Source: an uncultured Clostridia bacterium (lineage in GTDB: Bacteria > Bacillota > Clostridia > Christensenellales > CAG-314). From it: 64,000 nt of DNA. The position numbers and the translations under genes were made by a program. The stretch is from NCBI GenBank assembly GCA_947629985.1, contig CANRFV010000001.1, forward strand, positions 252,407 to 316,406. The letters run 5' to 3'. Under the pieces are notes generated by a model, which saw nothing but the letters and a program-made list of their open reading frames with translations, ran no database searches and was not told the DNA's origin. Of the stretch, positions 53,197 to 64,000 are shown piece after piece (position 1 is the first letter of the stretch; the number at the start of each line of letters is the position of its first letter).

Positions 53197-54096
53197 CTAC
53201 CTTGCGCGCAGCAACATGGCGCGCCACTCGCCCTTGGCGGACGTATGCAACACATCGAATACGTCGCCGTACAGTTGCGTTACCTGCTGCAACTTGACGT
53301 CCAATATGCCCGACAGCACTACCGTCGTGCCGCTGTGTACTACGGACGATATTTCGCCGTGCAACAACTGCAATATGTCGGCGGTAAGGTTGGCAAATAC
53401 CACGTCGAACTTGCCCGAAACTTGTTGTGTAAGATCGCCCGTTACTATATTGCAACGCTCCGACAATCCGTTGATTTGCGCGTTGTGCGCGGCAATTTCG
53501 GTCGCCTGTCGATCGACATCTACCAATACTGCCCTTTTGGCGCCCAACAACAGCGAGCCGAGACCGAGTATGCCGCTGCCGCAACCAACGTCCAATACCG
53601 AACAGCCGTCGAGATCGATTTGCTCGGCATAATCGATACACATAGACGTAGTTTCGTGCTGACCCGTGCCGAACGCAATGCCCGTATCCAACAGCAAGAC
53701 CTTCTTGTCAGTTGTAACGCTTTGCCACTCCGGGCAAATTACCAACTTGTCCGTTTCGATGGGGCGAAAAGTTTGTTTCCAAGTGTCTACCCAAGCGTTG
53801 CCGTCTACGGTGTTTACCGTAATTTTCAGACTGCCCGCGTCGCTGAGCGTTGCAAAACGCGCGCGTAAAAAATCGAGAACACGCGGAGTGTCCTCTAAAT
53901 TGCAGTAACCTTTGACAATAACTTCGTCCGCGTACCTGCTGTCGGCGATGTCGTCCTTGTAATCCCAACTTGCGTTATTGTAAAGGTCGTTTTTGTCATA
54001 AATACTAACGCCGTCCATACAAACCTCCTGTACGAAGTAAGCCACTACTTCCGACATACCGGACGTTGTATAAACGGCAATTTCGCTGAATTCCAT
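53197..54096 (-). CDS. prmA: Ribosomal protein L11 methyltransferase
   Basis: 299 aa. SAM-binding motif VLDVGCGSGIL and a PrmA N-terminal domain. Confidence 0.9.
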   Translation of the reverse strand: MEFSEIAVYTTSGMSEVVAYFVQEVCMDGVSIYDKNDLYNNASWDYKDDIADSRYADEVIVKGYCNLEDTPRVLDFLRARFATLSDAGSLKITVNTVDGNAWVDTWKQTFRPIETDKLVICPEWQSVTTDKKVLLLDTGIAFGTGQHETTSMCIDYAEQIDLDGCSVLDVGCGSGILGLGSLLLGAKRAVLVDVDRQATEIAAHNAQINGLSERCNIVTGDLTQQVSGKFDVVFANLTADILQLLHGEISSVVHSGTTVVLSGILDVKLQQVTQLYGDVFDVLHTSAKGEWRAMLLRAR

Positions 54097-54105
54097 TGTT
54101 ATACC

Positions 54106-54429
54106 TTATTTTATAAGAATATCGATCAATTTTTTCGCATTTTCCCATTCGCGCCTGTTAATTTCGTACAAAGCGCGACCTTTTTCGGTTATTGTATAGT
54201 ATTTGCGCGTGGCGCCGACGTTTTCGCCCCAATAACCCTTGATGCACTCCATATCCTCCAACCTGTGGTATGCCGAGTACAGACTTTGCTCGTTGGGTAC
54301 ATATAGGTTATTTGTCTTTTTTGTAATAAATTTGCGAATCTCATTGCCGTACTTGGTACCGCTCAATAACGCCGATAAAACAAACGTATCGATGTGCCCG
54401 CGAAGTAAGTCGCTGGATATAACTTTCAT
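54106..54429 (-). CDS. PadR-family transcriptional regulator
   Basis: 107 aa from the internal ATG (MKVISSDLLRGHIDTFVL) with a GGAGA RBS. Winged-helix PadR pattern (YGNEI...Y..L..LE..G.I). Confidence 0.8.
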   Translation of the reverse strand: MKVISSDLLRGHIDTFVLSALLSGTKYGNEIRKFITKKTNNLYVPNEQSLYSAYHRLEDMECIKGYWGENVGATRKYYTITEKGRALYEINRREWENAKKLIDILIK

Positions 54430-54990
54430 TATCTGCTCTCCGTTACTATGTCTGTAATATAGGTTAGCATTTATCGACAAATTTGTAAAGCGACAAAAGG
54501 GCATTTTTGAAAAAATAATTTATGAATTTTTTTTTCGCAAATATGAAACACTATGAAACATTTTACGACAAAATGCGACGATAAAACAAAATGGTAAAAT
54601 TAACCACTTTTGACGTATTTTTGCGGTAATTTTGCAATAAAACGCGCAAATTCGGTTAAAAAAGCGACGTTTTTTAGGTCAATTTAACCATTTGTTATAC
54701 TTATATCGCATATACCGACCAATTATGTTATGTTGCGCCGTAACGCAAAAAACAGACACTTTTTTCACAACTTGCAAAGGGCGCACCAACCCGTGCAAGT
54801 GTGTAAAAAGGCGCGCGCAGTTAAAGGTTTGCACATACGCCCGCATACTCCGCAAAAAGCCGTACAAGCGCGCAAAAAGGTGCCGCTAAGTACGGAGCAA
54901 AAAATTACGCCGCGGCTGCAAAAAGGCGCGCGCGGCGATTGAAATAATATTTATGAGCGGATGTAAACGCGATAACGCGAACAGAACCGA

Positions 54991-56124
54991 CTATTTGTTG
55001 TAAATTTTGGCTATCTCGTCGAGATACGCCTTGCGTTTGGCATAATTTTTTATCGAGCAGTCGCGTTCGAATTCTTCCAAAACCTTTTTTTGACTGCGCG
55101 TAACGCCGCGCGGCACTTCGACGCTGATCGTAACAAACAAGTCGCCCGTTACTCCGCGCGCGGTTTTGATACCTTTGCCGCGGAAACGCAACGTTTCGTT
55201 GTTGTTGGTGCCTTCGGCAAGATTGTGAATAAACACTCCGTCGGGAGCGGGGATTTCGATCTGACCGCCGCACACAGCCGTGGAAAAACTGACGGGAACG
55301 GTTACGTACAAATCGAGATTGTCGCGCTTGAACAGCGTACTCGGGCGCACGGATATTTCCAACAGCAAATTGCCGTTGCGACCGTTGCCGCGCGGAGCGT
55401 TGCCTTCGCCCGCAAGTTGAAGCACGGCGCCGTTTTCCACGCCGGCGGGAATGGACACGTTGATAACTTTGTTTTTGTTTACTACGCCTTTGCCGCCGCA
55501 CACTTTGCAACTTTCGGTTACTATCTTGCCCGTGCCGCCGCACTTGTCGCATGCGCCCACGGTGATCTGCTGACCGAAAATGGTATTTTGCACGCGGCGC
55601 ACTTGTCCGCTGCCGCCGCACTTGTCGCACGTTTTGAGATGAGCGTCGTCCTTGGCGCCCGTGCCGTTACAGGCGGTACACTTTTCCACGCGGGTAAAGT
55701 TAACGGGCTTTTTGCAACCCAAGATCGACTCCATAAACGTAAGTTGAATTGTGTAGGTTATATCGCTGCCCACCGAACTTTGCGACGAACGGCGGCGCGA
55801 CGACGAGCGAAAACCGAACGCGTCGCTGAACATATCGAAAATATCGTCGAAACCCGTTGCCGTAAAGCCGCTGCCCTGAAAGGGATTGTAGCCGCTTGCG
55901 CCGCCCATATCCATTTCGCCGCGGTCGTATTTGCCGCGCTTGTCGGGATCGCCCACTACCGAATACGCTTCGTTTATTTCCTTGAACTTTTCGGCGGCGG
56001 CATTGTCGCCGGGGTGCAAATCGGGGTGGTATTGCTTGGCAAGTTTGCGGTAGGCGGATTTTATTTCGTCCTGCGAAGCGCTTTTGCTTACGCCGAGTAT
56101 TTTGTAATAATCTTTTACTGGCAT
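54991..56124 (-). CDS. dnaJ: Chaperone DnaJ
   Basis: 377 aa with a J-domain HPD motif, a G/F region and four CxxCxGxG zinc motifs. Confidence 0.95.
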   Translation of the reverse strand: MPVKDYYKILGVSKSASQDEIKSAYRKLAKQYHPDLHPGDNAAAEKFKEINEAYSVVGDPDKRGKYDRGEMDMGGASGYNPFQGSGFTATGFDDIFDMFSDAFGFRSSSRRRSSQSSVGSDITYTIQLTFMESILGCKKPVNFTRVEKCTACNGTGAKDDAHLKTCDKCGGSGQVRRVQNTIFGQQITVGACDKCGGTGKIVTESCKVCGGKGVVNKNKVINVSIPAGVENGAVLQLAGEGNAPRGNGRNGNLLLEISVRPSTLFKRDNLDLYVTVPVSFSTAVCGGQIEIPAPDGVFIHNLAEGTNNNETLRFRGKGIKTARGVTGDLFVTISVEVPRGVTRSQKKVLEEFERDCSIKNYAKRKAYLDEIAKIYNK

Positions 56125-56233
56125 TGTTACCTCTATACGACAACGAAAAGTCTTGTGTTAAACATAAGACTTTACGTTGGTCGCGTTTAGTATAAATGTG
56201 TGTGCGGTCAAACCGCAACGGTATGCGCCGAAA

Positions 56234-58084
<1,851 letters not shown>

Positions 58085-58111
58085 TTACCGAAATGATCGG
58101 TTAGTTTTGTT

Positions 58112-58702
58112 TTAAGCGCCTACTATTACTTCGGCATAGCGCAAAATTTTGTCGCCGATTACGTAACCCTTTTTGTATACGTCCACAACGATGTCTTTTT
58201 TGTCCTCGCCGCAGTCTGTTTTGGAAAGGGCGTTCATGCGTTTGCAATCGAAGGGCTGCCCCATTACGTCCATTTCTTCCACGCCGCACTGCTTTAATAT
58301 GTCGGTAAATTGGTTGTACACCATAACAAACGCTTTGAGATTGTCGTCTGTAAGGTGCTGTTTGGCACGTTCGAAATCGTCGCACACGGCAATAAACTTG
58401 GCAAGAACCGTTTGCGCGCCTTCGGCTTTGGACTGCTCGGCGCTGAAACTCATGCGGCGTTTGTAACTTTCGAAATCGCTCTTCATTGCCACAAGTTGAT
58501 TGAGATACGTATCCGATTTGTCTGCCGAACTTTGCAGACGGTTGCAAGTCTTTTGCAATTTGGCGTTTTGCTCGGTCAAGCGCTCCACTTCGGCGATAAG
58601 TTTTTCGTTTTCTTCGGTGAGCGCCTTTTCCAATTCCGTCTGTTCAACTTGCGCGGATTGCTGTTGCTGTTCATGTTCGGCGGGTTGTTTGTCTTTTTTC
58701 AT
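58112..58702 (-). CDS. grpE: Nucleotide exchange factor GrpE
   Basis: 196 aa with a coiled N-terminus and a GrpE C-terminal beta domain. ATGA-type overlap with hrcA. Confidence 0.9.
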   Translation of the reverse strand: MKKDKQPAEHEQQQQSAQVEQTELEKALTEENEKLIAEVERLTEQNAKLQKTCNRLQSSADKSDTYLNQLVAMKSDFESYKRRMSFSAEQSKAEGAQTVLAKFIAVCDDFERAKQHLTDDNLKAFVMVYNQFTDILKQCGVEEMDVMGQPFDCKRMNALSKTDCGEDKKDIVVDVYKKGYVIGDKILRYAEVIVGA

Positions 58703-59730
58703 TTAATCTCCTTACTATCCACAAGATCGATAATTATTTCGCTTATTTTGTCCAATACGGACAAAACCTTTTTGTAATTCATTCGCACGGGACCGATGAC
58801 GCCAATCGCTCCGCTGACGTTTTCGCCCAGACTTACGCGAGTGGTTACAACCGCGCAACCTTCGGGAGCGTTTTCGTCTGCGCCGATCTTTACCGTTACG
58901 CTGCCGTCCGCACCGCCGTCGTTGGTAAGAATACGCGCGATCGTTTCCTTGTTTTCTACCTGTTCCAAAAATTTTTGCGCGTTGCCGGCGTCGGAATACT
59001 CGCTGTGCTGCAAAATTTTGCTTTCGCCGTACATTTCCACGTCCATACCGTTCATCAACGAAACCTTTTTGAGAACGTCGATTATTTTTTTGAACAGGGC
59101 GTTGTATTGGTAAAATTCGTCGTTTACCAACGCAAAGGGGTAATCGAAATTGATAAATTCGCTTACGTGCTTGCCGCGGAATATCTTGTTGAGCCAATGC
59201 TCGGCGCGGGCGATCATATTGCCGTCAAATCCGTCGGGAATGTCCACCATTCCGTCCTTTAATACACGCGCGTCGGTTACAATTACCACAAGCAACTTGC
59301 CGTTGGACAAATCCAACAACTTGATCGCCGTGATGGTATCGGACATATCTTCCTTTACCGCAACCGAAGTGTAGTTGGTTATTTCGGCAATTATGTGCGT
59401 TACCGCCGTCATTACGTCTTCGAGCGACGTGATCTTGCGCGAAAAATATTCTTCGATAAGATCCGCTTCCGCCGTGGTAAGGTTGCTTTCGTACATAAGT
59501 TCGTTTACGTAAAAGCGAAACGCCTTTTCCGACGGTATGCGCCCCGCCGACACATGCGGCTGAATGAGATAGCCCATACTTTCCAATGTGGACAACTCGT
59601 TGCGTATGGTTGCGGACGAACAGTCGGACAGATATTCCTGCTGGATATCTTTGCTGCTTACCGGCGTGGGATTGTCGATATAACTGTCTACTACGGCGCA
59701 CAGTATTTTTTTCTTTCTGTCAGACAACAT
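58699..59730 (-). CDS. hrcA: Heat-inducible repressor HrcA
   Basis: 343 aa with an N-terminal winged helix (SSATIRNEL..LE..GYL.QPH.SAGR.P). Confidence 0.9.
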   Translation of the reverse strand: MLSDRKKKILCAVVDSYIDNPTPVSSKDIQQEYLSDCSSATIRNELSTLESMGYLIQPHVSAGRIPSEKAFRFYVNELMYESNLTTAEADLIEEYFSRKITSLEDVMTAVTHIIAEITNYTSVAVKEDMSDTITAIKLLDLSNGKLLVVIVTDARVLKDGMVDIPDGFDGNMIARAEHWLNKIFRGKHVSEFINFDYPFALVNDEFYQYNALFKKIIDVLKKVSLMNGMDVEMYGESKILQHSEYSDAGNAQKFLEQVENKETIARILTNDGGADGSVTVKIGADENAPEGCAVVTTRVSLGENVSGAIGVIGPVRMNYKKVLSVLDKISEIIIDLVDSKEIK

Positions 59731-59765
59731 AGTGTTTTACCGTTATCACAAAAAATATTTGAGTG

Positions 59766-59792
59766 TTAGCACTCGCAACGCAAGACTGCTAA
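59766..59792 (-). promoter_or_regulatory. CIRCE operator (HrcA binding site)
   Basis: Minus strand reads TTAGCAGTC-N9-GAGTGCTAA, 36 nt upstream of the hrcA ATG. It differs at 1 position from the consensus TTAGCACTC-N9-GAGTGCTAA. Confidence 0.85.
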
Positions 59793-60003
59793 TTTCTGCT
59801 AACAATATACTACTATATGCACCGTTTGTCAATAAAATATTCGCATTTTTTTGCAAATTTTGTAAAAATTTTTTTGTTTTGATAAAATTTGCCGTGCGTA
59901 AGGGCGACTGCGCGCAAAACCAAACGCTGCAAAACAACAGGTTACGACATTGTTGACCGCAGCGTCAAATTACGGTATAATTAACAGGTACGGGAGAAAA
60001 ACG

Positions 60004-60588
60004 ATGTTTGAAGAATTACAAATTACGCAATACAACAAATTACTTGCCGACAAGGCGCCTACGCCCGGCGGGGGCAGCGCGTTGGCTGTAATCGGCGCAA
60101 TTGCCTGCTCGTTGGTGCAAATGACGCTGAATATAACGATAGAAAAAACCGCCGACGAAGAAACGACGCGCTACTTGCGGGAAGAATACACGGCGTTTGT
60201 GCGCGCGCAGAAGGCGTTGTACAGGCTGTCCGACGACGACGCGGCGGCATTCGACGGCATTGTAACGTGTCTCAAAATGCCCAAAGGCACGCCGGAAGAA
60301 CAAAAAACACGGCAAAGCGAATTGCAAAAGCGTTACCATCGCGCGGCTCTTGTGCCGTTGGACGTAATGGCCGTGTGCAAAGACGCATTGCGAAGATGCA
60401 AATTGCGCGTAATGCCGCATTTAAGCAAATATGTTGCGTCCGACAGCACCATTGCCGCCGATTTGTTTAATACGGTTATACGCAACAGCGCCGAAAACGT
60501 GTACGCCAACACTTGCCGCATAAACGATAGCGCACTGCGGGCAAATTTGGAAGAACAGTGCCGCAAATTGACGGAAGAAATCTGTTGA
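60004..60588 (+). CDS. Cyclodeaminase/cyclohydrolase-family protein (FTCD C-terminal-like)
   Basis: 194 aa from the internal ATG (MFEELQITQ) with a GGGAG RBS. The motif PTPGGGSALA is typical of this family. Confidence 0.75.
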   Translation: MFEELQITQYNKLLADKAPTPGGGSALAVIGAIACSLVQMTLNITIEKTADEETTRYLREEYTAFVRAQKALYRLSDDDAAAFDGIVTCLKMPKGTPEEQKTRQSELQKRYHRAALVPLDVMAVCKDALRRCKLRVMPHLSKYVASDSTIAADLFNTVIRNSAENVYANTCRINDSALRANLEEQCRKLTEEIC

Positions 60589-60863
60589 CGCCGCCGTAAC
60601 CGCGCGTATAAGGCGTACGCTTTGCGCTCGTTGGAACAATCGCTCGCGACGTATTTGTTCGCCGACAGTTACAAAGTACAACACGGGGCTGCACAACCGT
60701 TGCGTAAGGCTGCTGTTTGCGATAACCGCTTTTACACGCAACACGGCACACAATCAATAAAGAATATCAATAACCAATATATAAAAAACATAATTATCAA
60801 CCTATATATACAGGCGCGCGTAAAAGCGCGCTTTTGTAAATTTGCAATTACACCGCTCGGCAA

Positions 60864-60901
60864 CAAAAAAACTCTCGGACGCAACGCCCGAGAGTTTTTT
60901 A
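60864..60901. terminator. Bidirectional terminator between convergent genes
   Basis: A7-ACTCTCGG-9-nt loop-CCGAGAGT-T6, with A/T runs on both sides. Confidence 0.7.
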
Positions 60902-61031
60902 TTGAAAGTCATTATAATTTACGCACGACAACATGCCTTATACAAATCGACAAAGGCAAGTAAAACGTGGGGAAAAGTGCGTAAACTACGCCTGTTTGCA
61001 GATTAAGCCCGTACGGCGCGCGTTTGCAGCG

Positions 61032-62549
61032 TTATTTTGCGGAGACGTCCGTTTGTTCGGCATCCGACTGTTGCTCGCAAACGGCGTCGGAAAGTTCGGC
61101 GGAAACTATGGGCGTTTCGTCCACCACATCGGCGCTTATTTCGGCAAGTTTTGCCGCGCGGAAAGCCTTGTTGCTGCGCTTGACAAAATACGTGGGAACA
61201 AACATCAATGCCGAAACCACCGCCGCAAACAAAAACAGTTCAAACGGATAAACGGGATCGCCCGTGTTGTAGCCTACGTCCTGCGGAATGGGAAAATATC
61301 CCGCTTGATCGACGGGCGCAAATACGCCTTCGCCTGTGCTTACAAATTCGCCCACTTTCGGTCCGAAACCGTTGATGATTATCGGGCAAAAAATGCTTGC
61401 GATGATCATAGGCAAGGTTACGAATATTATTATTCGCACGCCCTGAAAACAACCCGCCTTTTCCGCAGGGGTATAGTCGCGCGCGGTGGCGTTGAACAAA
61501 CCGGCGGCAAGCAGCGACGCGCTTTCGACCAGCGTTCCGCCCGCGATGAACAGTATGTACACGGCGGTCATATTGTTGCCGACGAATTTAATCATATACA
61601 CCAACAATCCGCCCAACACGCCCGCCGCCGCAACGGGGTAAAAGAATTTGTCTTTACCGAACTTGTCCATTACCTTGCCGCCCACTACCGCCATTACAGC
61701 CGAAAGCAAAATTACCGCGGCAAGCGGAATTACAAATTTGTCGCCGAAACCCAACGTGTATTGCAATATCATTATCATATAGGGTTGCCACAACTGCATT
61801 GCAAGCCCGCTGAGCATCATACCGATAAGGCAAATGTAGATCATTTTGTGCTTTTTGATACTGCTCGGGCGAAAACCGTAAACTACTTCGGACATATACC
61901 TGCCCGACTTGTCGGGGCGTAAGTTGGGGCTGTCCTTTAATAAAAACAAGCCCGCAACGCCGGCAAAAGCGGTCATTCCGCCCAAAATAATGAAGAACAA
62001 CGACCAATTGCCCTGTTGAGTAAGCCCGTCAAAGCCCACAAAAATAATCATAAGCGCGGCAACAGGCATAATGGACAAGATAATGTCCACAAAGCCGCGG
62101 TTGGTAATATCGGTTACGTCGGTAACCCAAGACGAAAACGCCGCGTCGTTGGAGATAGAACCGAACACCGTCATTACGCAGTCCATAATTACAAATATAA
62201 TCACGGCGCTTACAATATCTTGTTCGGAGTAATGTTCGTTGCCGAACAGCGCAAAACTTGCCGTTACCAAGCCCCATATTATGTAGCCCCAGGCAATAAA
62301 CACTTTGCGCTTGCCCAAACGGTCGGACAGCACGCCGCCGAAAATTGTTACCAATGCCGCAACGATAGCGCTTGCGGCGACCGTCGCGCTGGTTGCCCAA
62401 CCGTCCGCGGTAATTTGCTTTTGAATATATGTGGAAAAGTACATATTTTCCACCATCCAGGCAAGTTGCCCCATCAGACCGAATATCACAATGGACAGCC
62501 ACACGCTTGCGCCGAGTTTGTTGGATTTTTTTATTACAGATTCTGCCAT
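61032..62549 (-). CDS. MFS transporter (sugar/GPH-like), 505 aa
   Basis: Internal ATG (MAESVIKKSNK) with a GGAGAA RBS. About 12 TM segments and an acidic C-terminal tail. Confidence 0.8.
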   Translation of the reverse strand: MAESVIKKSNKLGASVWLSIVIFGLMGQLAWMVENMYFSTYIQKQITADGWATSATVAASAIVAALVTIFGGVLSDRLGKRKVFIAWGYIIWGLVTASFALFGNEHYSEQDIVSAVIIFVIMDCVMTVFGSISNDAAFSSWVTDVTDITNRGFVDIILSIMPVAALMIIFVGFDGLTQQGNWSLFFIILGGMTAFAGVAGLFLLKDSPNLRPDKSGRYMSEVVYGFRPSSIKKHKMIYICLIGMMLSGLAMQLWQPYMIMILQYTLGFGDKFVIPLAAVILLSAVMAVVGGKVMDKFGKDKFFYPVAAAGVLGGLLVYMIKFVGNNMTAVYILFIAGGTLVESASLLAAGLFNATARDYTPAEKAGCFQGVRIIIFVTLPMIIASIFCPIIINGFGPKVGEFVSTGEGVFAPVDQAGYFPIPQDVGYNTGDPVYPFELFLFAAVVSALMFVPTYFVKRSNKAFRAAKLAEISADVVDETPIVSAELSDAVCEQQSDAEQTDVSAK

Positions 62550-62716
62550 ATTTTCTCCGTTGTGCGTACGCCCGAATACAACGGTAAACAAACGCCGCAA
62601 TTTTACAATGCGGTTGTCTGCCACTGCGCAAACAACCGCACATTATTTGTTATTAAATTACTTTGCGGTAGTGGCGCGATAAATAAAGCGCAAAAATGCC
62701 GCAAATTGCCGCAAAA

Positions 62717-64000
62717 TTACTTGCAAAGTTCTTCCAATTGGCTGAGAGTGTCGGCAAACGACTTGGCAACGATGTCGAACGGCTCCTTGGAAGTAAGGTC
62801 TACGCCGGCAACTTTAAGTTCCGATACAGGGTCGGTCGAACCGCCGAGCGAAAGGAACTTTTTGTAATTTTCCACTGCGGGGGCGCCTTCGTTGAGAATT
62901 TTTTCCGCTATGCACACCGCAGAGATGATGCCCGTTGCATACTTGTAAACGTAAAACGCGCGGTAAAAATGCGGAATACGCGCCCATTCGTACTTGATTT
63001 CGTCGTTGTGATTGACTGCCTCGCCGTAATACATTTTGTTTAGTTCGAGATACTTTTGGCACATAACTTCCGCGGTAAGGGGCTGGCCGCTTTCCACAAG
63101 GGCGTGCGATATTTGTTCGAACTCGGCAAACATTGCCTGACGATACATTGTGGTACGCAACATATCCAGATAGTATTGCAACAGATATTTCTTGACGTTT
63201 ACGTCCTGCTCGGTTGCAAGCAAGTATTTAAGCAACAGCACTTCGTTACAGGTGGAAGCCACTTCGGCAACAAAGATCTTGTAACCTTCCTTGGCAAAGG
63301 GTTGCGCCTTGCTGCTGTAATAGGTGTGCATAGAGTGTCCCATTTCGTGCGCGATGGTAAAGATGTCGTGCGTGGTCTTTTGGTAATTAAGCAACATATA
63401 GGGGTGTACGCCCGACACGCCGCTGGAATACGCGCCGCTGCGCTTGGTGGGCGTTTCGTGTACGTCTATCCAACGTTCGTTAAAAGCGCGGCGCACAACG
63501 CTGAGATAATCTTCGCCCAAGGGAGCAAGCCCTTTAAGCACCAATTGGCACGCTTCTTCGTACTCGCAAGAAATGTCCGCGTCCTCGAAAATGGGCACGT
63601 ACAAATCGTACATATTGAGAGTTTGCACGCCCAACAACTTTTTGCGAAGGGCAATATATCTGTGCAACGGCTCGAAAGTGCTGTGCATGCAGTTGATAAG
63701 ATTGTCGTAAACAGCCTTGTCTACCTGTTCGTAAAACAGCGCGCGTTCCATTGCGCTGCCGAAATTTTTTACCTTGGCAAAATAGCAATCCGCCTTGACG
63801 CTGCCTTCATACAGCCCTGCCAAGGTGTTGATCTTTTCGATATATGCCTTGTAGTAGGTTTCGAAAGCCAATTTGCGCACTGCCTGATCCTTGTGTTGCA
63901 AACACATCGAATAGGTGCCGTGCCCCAATTGCACTTCCTTGCCGTCTACGGTTATTTTGTCAAACTTGATGTCGCCGCTGTCCAGACGGTTGAACACTTC
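62717..64000 (-). CDS. pepF: Oligoendopeptidase F (M3B family), N-terminus beyond window end
   Basis: More than 426 aa. HEMGH zinc motif plus a downstream E ligand region. The ORF is open to the window edge. Confidence 0.9.
   Translation of the reverse strand, partial: EVFNRLDSGDIKFDKITVDGKEVQLGHGTYSMCLQHKDQAVRKLAFETYYKAYIEKINTLAGLYEGSVKADCYFAKVKNFGSAMERALFYEQVDKAVYDNLINCMHSTFEPLHRYIALRKKLLGVQTLNMYDLYVPIFEDADISCEYEEACQLVLKGLAPLGEDYLSVVRRAFNERWIDVHETPTKRSGAYSSGVSGVHPYMLLNYQKTTHDIFTIAHEMGHSMHTYYSSKAQPFAKEGYKIFVAEVASTCNEVLLLKYLLATEQDVNVKKYLLQYYLDMLRTTMYRQAMFAEFEQISHALVESGQPLTAEVMCQKYLELNKMYYGEAVNHNDEIKYEWARIPHFYRAFYVYKYATGIISAVCIAEKILNEGAPAVENYKKFLSLGGSTDPVSELKVAGVDLTSKEPFDIVAKSFADTLSQLEELCK

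Overview
The window is about 64 kb of chromosome, roughly 48-50% GC by eye, from what looks like an endospore-forming Firmicute (Clostridia-like). Nearly all genes lie on the minus strand. Most of it is housekeeping with Bacillus-like synteny: yqfC-yqfD-phoH-pgpH-ybeY-era-yqzL-recO, hrcA-grpE-dnaK-dnaJ with a CIRCE operator, prmA-mtaB-HIT-rpsU, polA-coaE, and dnaB-glnS-(two zinc-ribbon genes)-alaS. It also holds fba, a heterodimeric ABC exporter pair, copA-csoR, udk, recX, a Sir2 deacylase, a CPA2 antiporter, a VanW protein, a PHP phosphoesterase and pepF. I saw no rRNA, CRISPR array, transposase, integrase or recognisable defence genes. Three things stand out. (1) Three singleton tRNA genes, Leu-CAA, Arg-CCG and Gln-CUG, are each followed by short repeat arrays. 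In these arrays a conserved ~45-nt module is fused to 3' tRNA fragments at exactly the same T-loop position, and in tRNA-Leu copies also inside the D-loop. The fragments keep the CCA end and the parental trailer. (2) A surface-protein cluster at 24.9-38.2 kb contains a 2353-aa repeat-rich protein. Its gene carries a sharply bounded low-GC block of about 1.6 kb, and its putative promoter has a G10 tract in the -35/-10 spacer. The fba promoter has the same architecture with G9. (3) An unusually compact AlaRS lies next to proteins built almost entirely of tandem zinc ribbons. All calls come from reading the sequence and ORF track and from remembered family signatures. No database search was run.
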